A stretch of 64,000 nucleotides of DNA from Octopus vulgaris. Its lineage: Eukaryota. Positions 49,181 to 63,394 of the stretch are shown here, piece after piece. Every line of letters starts with the position of its first letter. Position 1 is the stretch's first letter. A model generated the notes under the pieces. It saw only the letters and a program-made list of their open reading frames with translations, did no database searches and was not told where the DNA came from. Position numbers and translations under genes: made by a program. Location: assembly GCA_951406725.2 (NCBI GenBank), contig OX597817.1, positions 126,356,001 through 126,420,000 on the forward strand. The letters run 5' to 3'.

Positions 49181-52100
49181 TCTAGACTGGGTAGAAATAT
49201 GTATTTCCCTATACATTCCTGTGCGTATTTTTTCCACACAGATAAAATATTGTTTCAAGCTAACATAGGACACCTGATCAGTCATTAGGCTATGTTCCTT
49301 AAATCATCAACTTTCTTTGTTAAGGCGTTGCTGGAGTTGTTGCTAGTTTAGCACACCTCTCTGCATAATAAACCATGTCATTTTCAGTATTATTTTTCAT
49401 GTACAGAACTATCATTTCAAAACAGACATTAAAGTATCTACGTTAATCTTCAAATGTTGTCATATTATTATCTTCCTTCACAGGTACCCAACGGAAATGT
49501 CCCTAATAGATTCGATTTAAATATCGTTACACACCAACAAAAGAAATACGTTGCTAAAAGTTGAATTATCATTGTGTCTTCAGATTTAAGATTAATTTAA
49601 TTGCATTGAAGGAAACTAATGGACGCAAGACTACAAAAGAAATATAGATTAGCAACAACGCTAAATTATTGTTACTATGCCGTCCTTGAGTTAATCGACG
49701 CTGTAACATGTTAACAATCGAAAACAAACACGGTGGAATTGAAGCAGATCGTGTATATTCATTAAATAAACTAGTGTAATTGATCGGTCATTATTTTAGT
49801 TTCCTGGCATTCAATCCATAATCATGTTCAAACAAGTTTGACATCATAGCGGTTCTAATGTCAGTATTTCAACAAATAATTATTTATGCTATCGCTCCAA
49901 TCATTGTGACAGTGTAATTCCAGTGTCCAAACTATCTCCATAGAAGCGATCCAGAAAGCGTGCTCAATACATCATTTTTGAGTAAGATAAAAGTTTAAAA
50001 CCATATTGCTGCGTCGATAACATGGATTTTTACTGGTGCTTTAGTTATTGTCCTATATAAATTTGCTCCACTTCACGATTAGGTTTGTGATTTTATCTGT
50101 TGCGGAGCAGTATCTAATAAAACTCTTAATACTAATTTCCTTTTCTGTTGCGTATATTTAACACGTTCTACGGAAGATCTCCGAATATTAACGATAGTAC
50201 TTAAGACATAAGAAATTTATATATGTAAACCAACGTTATCTTTAAGACGAATCGTGTCATTTATGCGAGGAAGGTCATACAATATAGAGTTAAATAATAT
50301 TCTAACAGACATATGCTAACCAAACAGAGCATTAATAAATATATTTGACATAGCGTAAAAAAAACAATTTTACCAGTGAAATACCGAATATATTATATCC
50401 AATATCGAAATCAGCTAAAATTCCTATTTATTCAATTCTGATATATTAAGCAATATGTATAACAGCTGAAGCTAGTTGAAATACTACAAACTTTGTATTA
50501 CTTTTACTGTTTTTAAATATCAGAATCGGAAAAGTAAGGAATTTTGCAAACAATGCGCTAAATTACAAATAATTTTTTTCTACATATAGAAATAACACTA
50601 GGAAACGCATTCAACTATAAACTGTTTTCTGCAGTTATATATGCTCTAATGCACAATATGTCAGTACACATGCTATGCTATGAGGCCAGACTTAACTTCT
50701 GCCAGGATGAAGCTCATTTGGCTAGGACCCAAATGTCATTCAGTAGAACACATGCCAGCAAAGAAAAATGTATTTTATAAATAGCGGTTTACGTTTGGTA
50801 GTAGTCGTGATATTCGTCTTTGTAATTTCTATACTCACGTGTGCGTATTGGCATGGCAACCTTGAAACAAGATATATCCATTATCATTTTGATAAATATA
50901 CGACATATCTACAAGTGTGCATAATTGTGTTTGTATGTGATCATCATTGCATGCATAGTATTCGATGATATCAAATTATGATTCATATACGTTTCAATAA
51001 ATTTTCACATGTATGAGTTGACGTCAAAACATCAAATCAATGCGTTATGTCTTATGGTACGGACTTAATTCAGAATTCGTGAGCGCTGCTTCTCCACAAG
51101 CCGAAAAATAAAGCATCTTTATTGTCTCTTAGTCGTGCGTTATAAACTGTATCGGGGCTCATACACACAAATACATCCACATGCAAGCAAGCGCGCACAC
51201 ACACACGCACACACCATTTATGACGTACGACCGAGCGTCATAAAAAAGCTTTATTAATGGTGAATACTCACCTGTTCTGAATTGTGTCTGAATTTGAATT
51301 ATGATCAATATTTACTCACACATACAGGAAATGTTTTTATACAGTCATTGATTATATTTGGTGAGGAATAATTTATATTTAATGATAGACACTTACAAAA
51401 CACCATTGCACAGAATTAAAAGCACGTGGAAATGCGTACACGTAATTTCTGCTCATGTAATATTCTTCTTGAGAATATGCACAAGATTCTGATTGTGACC
51501 ATTTGAATTTTTAATATGTGATCTCATCATTTAAGAGTTCATAGACACAGATAATTTCTAACAAACATGTCAGTTCGAAGCCAAAGACTGATATCAGTTA
51601 ATCAATACGAGACACATAGAGTGTTGCGTAATCAAAAATCACTGCATGTTACAAACATATAATTGAAGATATACTGCATTATGCATCTTTATGACATGTA
51701 GCTGTAACATAATTTTGCAGATGTAATCCAATTAACAAATATATGCACATTAAAAGATAGATTCATTCATATCATCTGGACGCATTAAAATCAGAATCCA
51801 GATTTTGCTTGAAGCATATTTCTCAATGAAATTACTGAAGCCATAATTCAATATCATTTGTAATTAATATTAGTTGATTTCAAATAACCACGCGGTTTTA
51901 TCTATATTCCGTGAATAAGTTACTCATGGAGTTGTTCTCTGAACTAGGTGCTTGTATGTTATCCATTACATGTTGTTTCTATTAAACTGTGGCAGGCAAT
52001 ATGATATCATCAAATGATATTCCTGCACTTATAAAACGTCCTACTTCATTCAGTAAATGTGTTGATAACATATATGCAATGCATGTTTATTTACTCATGA

Positions 52101-53147
52101 TATTCTCGAGGCACAGAAATTAAATGCGTTGTTTAAATTCTTTAAACAATGCTGTTATGATATTGTGCTAATGTCTACGTCACGCAAATGCTCGTTAATA
52201 CTGTAATTGATATGAGCGTACATATATAGCATCAATGTACAAAGCTACAAGATTTAGTTGTAAATGCTGAGCATTTAGCTTACTGTAAATTAGTACATAT
52301 TCAGGTACTGGTCTGGGAAATATAAAAACTAAATCATCGTCATACTGGTTGAAGATTTAGATGAACGCCAGAAAGTTTGAATCTGGGGTAAGTCAATAAT
52401 AGCGAACATAGTACTCAACTAGTACTTATATTACGAAGCCCCAAATTTCAACGCAGAACGAAATTTCAGCATAGAACAAAAATAAAGTTGAAATGCTTCT
52501 GAGGATTTTGGCCGGCGTACTAACGATTTTGTGAGCTTGCCACCTTATAAAACCATGGAATCCTGTTACTGCATTTCAGTAATGCTTGACAATATATTTC
52601 TATAACGTACCTGAAACCTTGTGTGCAGTGGGGTGAGGATTGTGGTCAGTCCTACAACGTAATTCGTCATCTATTTTTTAAAACTATGACGTGATACCGG
52701 TTCATTGATGGTTAACAAATAACACAAAATGAAATCAGATAAATAAATAATTAAATGAATAAATTTAAAAGTAAATAGATAAAAGAAAACGTGGCAATTA
52801 TGGGAACGTAGGAGGGCAAAATACCATTCAAAACTAGATTAAATAAAATTAAATTAAATTTAGACCACTAAATAAGTAAATGAGTATGTGAGTGAGTACG
52901 ATAACTAAAGCAATATGACTAAGGGGATATGATCTTAAGGGACAGCCTAAGAAAATAAATTATTGCAAACGTATAAAAATACAAAGCAAATATGTAAAAT
53001 ATACCTATCTATCAGGGGAATCAGCTATGTTGTAAAACAATATAGGAGTTGGACAGAAGCTTTATTTTTGTCGGAAGGTGTAATAAGGAGGATATTCTGA
53101 CAAGGAACAAATGGAATGGATATGTGTGTGTGTGTGTGTGTATGTGC

Positions 53148-53184
<37 letters not shown>

Positions 53185-53309
53185 TAGATAGATAGATATA
53201 TATATATAGATATAGAGATACATACATGTGTGGGTATGTTTATGTGTACATGTGTACATGTGTATACATATATATGCATACACACACACACATATACATA
53301 TACACAAGG

Positions 53310-55035
53310 AATGAGCGTCGTACAACCGACCACATACCTCCAATTCGAGACATTTTTGAAAGGGTGGTAGATGCTTTCCGTCAGATGTAAAATCCTGCTG
53401 AGCCTCTGACTATCGACAAACATCTAGAAGAATTTTGAGGCAGATGCGGATTTGTCCAGTATATGCCCCTGAAACCAGCTAAATATGGACTAAAGCTGCA
53501 ATGCCTATCTCGCTTTTACTCTTTTACTCTTAGACTTGTTTCAGTCATTTGACTGCGACCATGATGGAGCACCGCCTTTAATCGAGCAAATCGAACCCGG
53601 GAATTATTCTTTGTTAGTCAAGTACTTATTCCATCGGTCTCTTTTGCCGAACCGCTAAGTAATGGGGACATAAACACACCAGCATCAGTTGTCAAGCAAT
53701 GCTAGGGGGACAAGCACAGACACACAAACACACATATATATATATACATATATACGACGAGCTTCTTTCAGTTTCCGTGTACCAAATCCACTCACAAGGC
53801 TTTGGTCGGCCCGAGGCTATAGTAGAAGACACTTGCCCAAGGTGCCATGCAGTAGGACTGAACCCGGAACCATGTGGTTGGTAAACAAGCTACTTACCAC
53901 ACAGCCACTCCTTCGCCTATGTGACACAAAAACTAATTACATATGCAATATAGAAGTGTACCCTTGAAAACATCCTGATGGTATGTTTCAGCTTTCCAAA
54001 AGACCACATGACATTACGCAACGCCTGGCTGTGCTAATCGTTCGTACAGACCGCAACCTGACAACCGACAATTGGTATACTAGTGTACCAATGGCTGAAG
54101 CTATCTTAAAAAACGAAATAATTTTCGGTGGAACGACAAAATAATTACTGGACATTTCACCAGAAATGCTGCCAAAGAAAGATCAAGAGTTTCACTGTTT
54201 CAAATTCGCATTCCGATAATACAAAGATATGATAATGGTTTCATATGTGCCGAAAGGAGAGAGGCAATTATTTTGTAGTCTACGATGCATTTTGATGCAA
54301 ATATTGACGAATCGACCGGACACACACAGAAACCTTCAGTAGTGACATTATAGAATGGCTCAAAATGTGGTTTTGATACCACTGAGAAGACAACATGCTT
54401 CTACATCTTGCTCCAGATGCACAGATCGATGGCCGATGTCGTTGTTCTATTCCCCCATAGACAAAAGTGCTAGGATTCCTTTCTAATATACATTTGGAAT
54501 AAAGAGAATGAGGTTTCTTGGAAAAGAACTTCTACGGGAAATACCCTTGCAAAATAGAAATACGCTTGTAAAATAGAAATACGCTTGCAAAATAGAAATA
54601 CGCTTGCAGAATAGAACTAAAATATAGGAGTTGCGATACCTATTGAGGCCTGTGCTTCCAGATTGGAAATTGATGTTCCATTCGTTTTTGTACATCCTGA
54701 TTGAGGTGTTCCAAGAGATGGACGAAGAATTCGGCGCCCATTCAGCGATAGAAAAGTTCGAAATAGAAATGTCTTGCAGTAAATTTGTCAAACCAATGCG
54801 CAAATAAATCTGGACACCTCCAACCTGCAAAGATTGTGTGGAATAAAGTGTGTTTTAGTTCATTATGGTGAATAATATTTGTTTTCCTTTCTGTGTTCAA
54901 AACAAACATTTTTAAAGATGAAGAGAAGAACAAATGTCATTTGATGCACATTAGAATTTAAACGGAAAACGACCTCGGGTCAAATTGATCCATTTCCACC
55001 ATTAATGTACGAAACAATTGCGAAATATTAAGGTG
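53310..55035 (+). mobile_element. decayed piggyBac element, 5'-truncated and interrupted by a SINE
   Basis: IRDIFE..LTIDKHLEEF*GRCGFVQYMPLKPAKYGLKLQCL | CDTKTNYICNIEVY..RNLTTDNWYTSVPMA; Cys-rich tail SCSKFVKPM..TCKDC; subterminal CGGGTCAAATTGATCC; internal 3x19-bp duplication at ~54551-54608. Confidence 0.9.
53509..53914 (-). mobile_element. family-B SINE, full length, inserted in the piggyBac transposase
   Basis: Minus-strand head GGAGTGGCTGTGTGGTAAG..GGTTCAGTCC, CORE-like GCACCTTGGGCAAGTGTCTTC, tail (AGAGTAAA)n; GCCTAT at both 53503-53508 and 53915-53920; transposase frame resumes across it. Confidence 0.9.
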
Positions 55036-55947
55036 ATGTGTCGGAGGTGATTTTGTACATTTTCTTCACATAAAGCAACCTTGTTACAATGCACGATATA
55101 ATATATTTCACATCCAAAACTACTTAGGATTGTAACGGAGAATTATTAAAATTTGCTCCCATTCCATAATATATGCGAAATAGAAAATTATATTATTAGT
55201 CATAAACAATACATTGTCTCGGTGGGATAATTTATCACATAACGTAGAACAGTATTTCTGAGTTATCAATATTTTTATTGTCAACTCCGTTGCAGTATGA
55301 CTATAGCGGTAATATAGTTAAATGCTCGTATCCAGCTCTGTCTGTAGACGATTGTTTATTTTCCCAAAGAATCTACTTTCGTATTATTATATCAAAACGT
55401 CATGTCTTTGACAAATTTCACATGAATATTTCTGAAAATTTATACTTGTAAATTCTCATCACATTTCCTTTTGAAATATTATCTTTGAAGGTCGTCGCTG
55501 TATCAGATGTGTTTTCCTATTGTCATGTACAAATTATATACTCGATATATCTTAGATCTTTTACCGCACAGGACTTACTTATATAAGTTTGGGTAAAAAT
55601 CTGCTAATGTCATGAACAAAAGTTTCATTATTTTATATGTATATTTCTACGGTTAATAACTATATTTAGCAGTAGAAATTGCTATAATTCTAAATTTAGA
55701 TAGCACAAGTTCCACAAACATGTGAATCGTTATATTATTTTATTCTGGAATATAATTAATTTGCGCAAATGTAGTGCCGTAATATGATACCTGTATTTTG
55801 CGGCACATGAAGTCATTACAGTGAATATGAGATATGTAAAAATTAAGAATGTAAATACGTTAATATACATGTGTATGTCTCTCTATATATAACTATATAA
55901 GGGAAGATGTTATTTATTGAAATACGATCTCGTGTGCAAATTATTAT

Positions 55948-56000
<53 letters not shown>

Positions 56001-56023
56001 TAACGTACCACATGAGCAACTAC

Positions 56024-56256
56024 AAGGCGGCGAGCTGGCAGAATCGTTAGCACGCCGGCGAAATGCTTAACGGTATTTCGTCTGCCGTTACGTTCTGAGT
56101 TCAAATTCCGCCGAGGTCGACTTTGCTTTTCATCCTTTCGGGTTCGATTAAAGAAGTACCAGTTACGCATTGGGGTCGATGTAATCGACTTAATTCGTTT
56201 GTATGTCTTTGTTTGTCCCCTCTGTATTTAGCCCCTTGTGGGTAGTAAAGAAATAG
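56024..56256 (+). mobile_element. family-A SINE, full length, with ~20-bp target-site duplication
   Basis: GTACCACAYGAGCAACTACA on both sides (~56005-56024 and 56257-56276). Confidence 0.92.
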
Positions 56257-56539
56257 GTACCACACGAGCAACTACATCACTATAAATAGAAGTGAAACAT
56301 ATTTCTATACCACGTCTAATACAGGCATGATACGAAAACATTCCAGTGAACATTACAAAAGTCTGGAACACGGTTTCTCATCAGCCAAAGTCTGCCAGCT
56401 TACTACTAATATAATTTTCTCCCATTATACCCGCAAAAGCCCATTTGAAGTGACCAAACACTATTTAAACAAACGAAATGCGTGAAATTACTTCACAAGA
56501 TATATACATACAATACAATATATATATATACATATATAT

Positions 56540-56938
56540 ATGAGGATAAGATCTTTAATTTAATTATCAACCTTATCAAGTGGCCATCATGGAAATAAAA
56601 ACTTCAAGGGTAATAATTATTATTAAATTATAATTTAGGGTATATAGATGATACCTCCACGATGGAAATAGGAGCCAAAACTTGACTTTAAAACCATATT
56701 TAATGTTCTTACTGCACCAGGAGAGAAAACAAAAGAACAAGATGAACTAGAAAAAAAAATTACTGGATAATACCAGATCCCGGATTTCTGAGTTTTCATA
56801 AGAAATGCTTTGCCTCTTCAGTGGAATCTTTTGTCTTCTCTCCTGGTGCGGTATGAACATTAAATGTGATTTCGAAGTCAAGTTTTGGCTGTTATTTCCA
56901 GCGAGGATGTATCTCTTAGATACCCTAAAATATAATAT

Positions 56939-56940
<2 letters not shown>
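56540..56940 (-). mobile_element. HHR-bearing PLE-type element with ~110-bp inverted arms, inside (TA)n
   Basis: Arms ~56629-56736 and 56827-56934; minus-strand HHR 56769-56828: GATTCCA-CTGAAGA-(decayed stem II)-GAA-ATCCGGGAT-C-TGGTATT. Confidence 0.7.
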
Positions 56941-57019
<79 letters not shown>

Positions 57020-57255
57020 GAAAGCACCACATGAAGATCGACACTGCTAAAATACTCCTGTACCACAAAATAGTCATAAATCTAATACAGGCATGATGGG
57101 GGAAAATTTTAGTAGTAGTAAGTAGTAAGCTGACAGACTTTGGCTGATGAGAAGCAGGTACCCATTTGGTTCTAATTTCGAAAACGGGTTCTAGGTTGAC
57201 CAGAGGGGATAAGAGGTTTTCCTACCATGCCTGTTTTAGATTTGTGATTATTCTA

Positions 57256-57560
57256 TGCGGCGAGCTGGCACAAAGGTTAGTACGCTGGGCGACATGCCTA
57301 GCGGTATTTCGTATGTCTTTAAGTTGTGAGTTCAAATTCCGCCATTCTCAACATTCGCTTTCATTCTTTCGGAGCCACTCTAATCGACTGGACCTCTCCC
57401 TCAAAATTTCAGGCCATGTGCCTACAGTAGAAAAGTCTGTCTTTGTCTTAAATCCTTTTGGGGACGATAAACTACGTACCAGTTGCGAACTATGGTCGAG
57501 CTGATCTACTGCCCCATCCCCCCCCCAAATATTTCGGGCCTTGTACCTAGAGTAGAAAAT
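57256..57560 (+). mobile_element. family-A SINE, diverged, with duplicated core/tail
   Basis: GCGGCGAGCTGGCACAAAGGTTAG..GAGTTCAAATTCCGCC; tail GGCCwTGTrCCTA twice. Confidence 0.75.
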
Positions 57561-57609
<49 letters not shown>

Positions 57610-57639
57610 CATACATACATGCATACATACATACATACA

Positions 57640-58299
57640 TACAGGTCCAAATTTGCAACATCACTACATCACGTAAAAGATGACATCGTTTAAATTGCAG
57701 CCATTTTCGGCTTCGCACGCACGTGTTCTTTTCTAAACTTGCCCCATAACACCCTAAAGAGTTGCAGACCCCACTTCTCTGATTTCTCTATTGATGTTCT
57801 CCTTTAATTGCATCAGGGTCTCCGGTTTGTTGACGTAAACCCTCTCTTTTATGTATCTCCACAAAAAAAATTCGGGGTTATTCAAGTCTGTGGAAAGTGA
57901 AGGCCAGATGACATTGCCGTAACGGGAGATTATTCTCTCCAAAGCACTGCCATAGCAACTACATTGTTTTTCTTGCGGTATGTGTAGTTGCCCCATCATT
58001 CTTGAACCATATGTGAGGTCTACTTTGAAGGGCCTTCACGTTCCCCGCAATTGATCGTCCCGGATTTAGGGTTTTATAGTGCAAATTTCTGAAAGAGCAC
58101 GGGCGTGCGAAACCGAAAATGGCTGCTATTTAAGCAACGTCATTTTTTGATATGTGATGTAGAGGTCTTAAGACATTTGACTTGTGCATATCAATTTCCA
58201 TTATGTCCGTTATATTGTATCAAACTTTCATGCATATTTGTGAGGTTCGGGAAGTTATTACAAATTAAAACCCAGCAGTAACGTTTGGCACACTCTGTA
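57640..58299 (-). mobile_element. internally deleted Tc1/mariner element, DD41D (rosa/long-TIR)-like
   Basis: Minus strand WFKNDGATTHT / RIISRYGNVIWPSLSTDLNNPEFFLWRYIKERVYVNKP; ends TACAGG.. and ..CACTCTGTA; 57665-57733 is the inverse of 58091-58162. Confidence 0.8.
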
Positions 58300-58776
58300 A
58301 ATACACACATATATATAAATATATTACCATATTACGGGGTAGGGGCACTACTTAGCGATGTGTATGAATGCAATGCTATTACCTGTTCAGATATTCTTGT
58401 GGCACGTTCGAACACATAAGCAACACATTCACTGTGTTTTATCATGAAAAAATCTTTTCAGTGTAGACAAAAGGTGTAAATAAACACGCTTCAAGTCGCA
58501 GCTGATAATCACTCCGAAATGCTTGTATCTCATAATCTGGATAGGTGGTGCTAAGGACTGATTCAGGTGTATTTCCACCATTTGTCTACAGCGAGATATT
58601 TTTCCATGACAAAACACAGTGAATGGCTTGCTTACAAGTATGAACGTACCACAAACATATTTGAAGTGGTAATAACATTGCATATATATTGAGAAACTGT
58701 CTTCTGTTACAGTATCGGGCCGACTAAAGCTCTGTGAGGGGATTTGGCAGGTAAAGGGAAACTGAAAGTATCCCGT

Positions 58777-58897
58777 TGTAAAACACTGCAATATGTAAAT
58801 GTATAAATAATAAAGAATTAAAATGCAGACTCTTACAAATGAATTTTTAAACATTGGAACCACATTTCTGATTCTTTTTTCTTTGCTATCAAAGTTG

Positions 58898-58940
<43 letters not shown>

Positions 58941-60143
58941 ATGTGTGTATATATATATATATATATAAATATATGTATATGTATATATATGCGTGTGCAT
59001 GTATGTGTGTGTGTGTGTGAGGCGAGGGAAAATATTATCCCTAGATAGTTTCGGTATTTGAACATAAAAATGGCAAGTTCTCTTTCTGTTAATATCTTAG
59101 TTTTATATCTTACGTTGCGTTTTGGTTGAAACATATGGTTTCGATATAGACGCAGGTGTCGTTTTTGTGGCGAGAAATTTGCTTCCCAACCACATAGTTC
59201 CAGGTTCAGTCCAATAGCGTGGTATCTTGGGCAAGTATTTTCTACCTTCTTAGTGGATTTGATTGACGGAAACTGAAAGGAGCATGTCGTATATAAGAGG
59301 CTGGTGAAATAAGTACCACGCTTAAAAGGAAAATACCTACTGGGCTCGAGAAGTTCGATAAAAATTCTTTAAGGTAATGACACAGCTTCACTATAGTTTA
59401 ATGACTGAAACAGGAAAAGAGGAAATATATAACACCTAATTCACTCGAAATTACAAATAAATTAAACACAGATAATCAAGTATTTACTGAACGGTTCAGG
59501 CTGTTTTTATTAATAGTCTATAGATTTAAATGCTACATCTATAATTTATATTGTTATCATCAAATACGTGAAAATAGTATTTCATTTTACATGATGCAAA
59601 AAATATGGGTTTGACAGTATTTACCATTCACATAAGCATTTACAGGAATCGAATTGTGAAAGTTACGCTAAAAGTTTTAATTTATTTTAGGTAACTTAAA
59701 CACTGTTATCAGGAATTTAATCATATCCTTGAAAATAACTTCTTTTATATGAATAAATATATGAAGTCTTATTTACTAGACAGTACTCCTTCAAAGTTAA
59801 GTTCTGTTTAGATAATTTACTTTTAGTTGTATATGTTATTAATTTCTAAGCAATTTGCCTGAAAATGTTATTTTCATAGATAGGCATCTTTGCATTGTAT
59901 ATCTAGAATGTAAATTATTAAATAATGAAAGTATATTTACGATAATGTAGAGGCGGGATAACATTTAGACACGATAGAAAGTATGCCGCTCCATATCTAT
60001 ATGAAATGTAAAACACTGCAATATATAAATGTATAAATAATATAGAATTAAAATGCAGACTCTTACAAATGAATTTTTAAACATTGGAACCACATTTCTG
60101 ATTTTTTTTCTTTGCTTTGAAAATATTGCTATCAAAATTGTAT
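58777..60143 (+). repeat. ~125-bp local direct duplication (58777-58900 vs 60007-60143)
   Basis: Near-identical TGTAAAACACTGCAATAT..CACATTTCTGATT..TTTGCT, offset 1230 bp. Confidence 0.9.
59148..59425 (+). mobile_element. family-B SINE with internal deletions
   Basis: GCTTCCCAACCACATAGTTCCAGGTTCAGTCC..TCTTGGGCAAGT..GACGGAAACTGAAAG..AATGACTGAAACAGGAAAAGAG. Confidence 0.8.
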
Positions 60144-63100
60144 ATTAGTTGAGCAGGTTTCCACGTCTTAATACAGCATGGTGTTATTTTTGACATTAAA
60201 ACCTAATTTTCACTCCACATTGAAATTATTAACCATTTCATGCCTTTCTTATTTTTTCTAGAGTAATTACATTGCTATGGTTTCAGAATTACGTCTCCAT
60301 TTACAAAAAGAACTAGAATGAAGCTAATGTTTTCAACGTACATTCGTGTATTTTGATCAATATATTCAGATGATCTAGTGTTAAAAAGACTTTCATTTAG
60401 AAACAACTTTTATGTTTTCTCAATTTCTTATCGAATTTCATTATTCTATATCAGATCAGAAGAGATCCCTCACGTGATTTACTGTGATTTGATGGAGAAA
60501 CCTGTCTCCACGGTGTTCATTACTATTATTTTGCTCTAAAACTTATGCCTTGTTACATTGTAATAGTTAAACATTAATTATGCCTTTCATTCATCCTCTT
60601 TCTAGTTTCTGAAAATTCATATTATTCGCATTTTTCACTTGATTTTCAGATTTATCAAGATCAACTTGGTTACGATAATGATGATGATTATGATAAACGT
60701 AATTACGTTAACAATGAAAAAAGGAAAGGAAAGGCAAAAATCATGATTATGGAAGGGTGGTCCCGTAGAAAATGATGTGCTGCAGCACACGATGATGGAC
60801 TAAAACCATGCTCTTTATAGTCGTAGTCTATTAAACGCTTCGACCACGCTAGGATTTTTAACCAAACAGCCGTGTGTAGTCTTGTGGTCGATTTCTGACA
60901 CATGCTTACACATGTAAGCAATTCTAATTCGTTTGCCTTTGTTAAGAGCTAGTAATACTGTGTTATCGTAATTCATACTATATGGTTGTTCTCAACATGG
61001 ATATACACGATAATAAATATCATTCCGGTAGATAAAGCTGGAATAATATTTATCATAGTGTAATATAAATTGCACCTTAGTATCAACACCGTTACTAAAA
61101 TGAGAGTTATGCGTCCGTAAGATACAAAAGAATAAGTTAATCTTAATAAGCGCTTCGTTCGTAATGCTTGTCTCGAAAAATATTGATATGGAGCTAAAAA
61201 ATGTATCAGAGCAGAGAAATGGTTTTGGAAATTTGTCGAGCACTCGTAGCCAGATCATCATGAAATTAAATTCTGCAATATATCTTCACAAAAATGTAAA
61301 TTTGTTGAACACATGTGTTTCATAAAAGTGGGCAAACAATATGATGGACAATGACACAAAAACACAATGGAAGACATTACTCTCAGCCAATGAAAAATTA
61401 AATTTGAACGTGTCGATAATTTTTTTAAAGTTAGTATTGAACATGCATTAATGTAGAAAATTTCACTAAATGTATATATTATTTTGTTTCAATAGATTAT
61501 ATGAACAAATGTCATCATCTAGTGAATCTTTAGCAATAACTTTAAATGTCGTAAATTGAACGTGGTAACCAGTTTATTGTCCTTATTGTGGCTTTTTAGC
61601 AACTGCAATTGATAGTTTAATTTCAGAACAAAATATTGGATATAAATAAGTTTGTTATTTTCCTTTTCAAAAAATTTAACTGTTGACATTTTCAGAAATA
61701 TCAACAACTTTTCAATGACAAATAATTGTAATCCATTTTTTTTGTCTCAGCGATAAATACTTTTAAATATCAAACATATTAAAGCGTGCAATTATAATAA
61801 GATTATGTCATTTTGAAAATTAAAATAATATATTTTCTATAATTCTTCAAGCAAATGTCTTTATTCAGTAATGTATGCGTATGATTCTGTATATAAACAC
61901 AAACATATACTCAAACATATATGAATACATAACGCCTATACACTAATAGACGCACATAAATATTTACACGTAGGTACATCATTAAAGCGGTAGCAAATTA
62001 CAAGAATGCTCACGCACTTTTTCTATTCTTTGGCTGTGTGCAAATCACGCACGCACATATATTATTTTCAACACTCTCTCGTACATGCGCACGTGGACAC
62101 GTAAATACATACATGTATGCATTTATGTGTGTGTGCGCGCCTGTGTGTGTACACACAGGCGATAAAGATATCTGATAAATGTCTGGAAATGGACTTATGC
62201 TATCATGGTATATATTATTATACAGAAAAATGCAAAATTTTCGTCTAGATCAGTCACGTGCATTTACTCTCTCAAACCCCACAAACTCCGAAAATGGAGG
62301 ATTTCAGTATTTTTTTACAATGGCACTAAGACTTTGGAATTTATGTCAATACTCACTCTATTCAGTATTGCTTATTATTCAATGAAAAAAAGAATGATGA
62401 AGGTTGCATGAATATCCGATTATTTGTTCATAAGTTATGTATTTTTCATTTATAAATTTGCATGATAAAAAAACTATGCTGGACTGCGTGGATGAATCTG
62501 CATAATATTAAGAACCACTTGCATAAACAAGTTTTAGTTTGCTTTGACTCAACACCTCTCAAGCGTTTAAATCATGGGAGAGATCACTTCTTGCTGAAAC
62601 CTGTTGCCACTCGTTTCGTTTCATAACATTTTGTCACTGCTCAATCAGTTTTCTTTCTTAATTATAGAGAAAAGTTTTATTGTGTTCCTGGAAACTATTT
62701 TCCGTTAAATTACGTGTAATGGCTTCTAACAGTATCCTATTTTAGGTAACATCAGGCCTTTTCAAGATAACGTTCTTCCAACAGATCGATGTTTTAAGTA
62801 ATTTCATGTACATACAGTCTTATGAGAGACTTCCAAATCGAGGTGTAGTTGATATCATAGTCTCAAGACTAGCAACCTTTCTGATTGAGATATGGAATAG
62901 AGCACCCATTCCTTGCCTGTCTTTTCAACGTATAAGGCCAATAATTAAATCATGGTATGAGTAATATTGCAATCTGATGAAAAGTCTTGGTCGAGTTGAC
63001 AGTGATTGTTACGTTAAAAGAATTTCCGAATTGAGACTATTTTGTGGAAACTTACTGGATAAAGTCTGCTTACTGGATAAATGCAAAGTATTTAGTTTTT

Positions 63101-63394
63101 TTTATAGTAGAGATAAGAAAGTACTCGTAGAATAATTCCCTGTAGAGAATTTTTAGTTGATCAAAGGACTCAGGGGAGTATGTTTATTGGTGGAGTAGTA
63201 GACAGACGTGCAACACGAAGAAGTATTGCAAGGTAAAAGAGATTAGAGAAACTGCATTAAAAACAAATGGAAATGAATAGTTCTGCGCGTGAAAAGTGGC
63301 AATGTTCCTGGAAAAAGGATGTCTAACGTGAAGAAAAACAATGTGAGAAAAGTAAATAAACAAATGAGGAGAATCTGATAAATATTGTCTCTCA

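Noticed and set aside
48100-52200. Host exons in the repeat-poor stretch (splice-acceptor-like TCTTCCTTCACAG near 49472-49484; 9-bp hairpin near 51218-51245)
   Set aside because: No open frame with recognisable protein similarity or paired donor site. Small exons cannot be excluded without RNA-seq.
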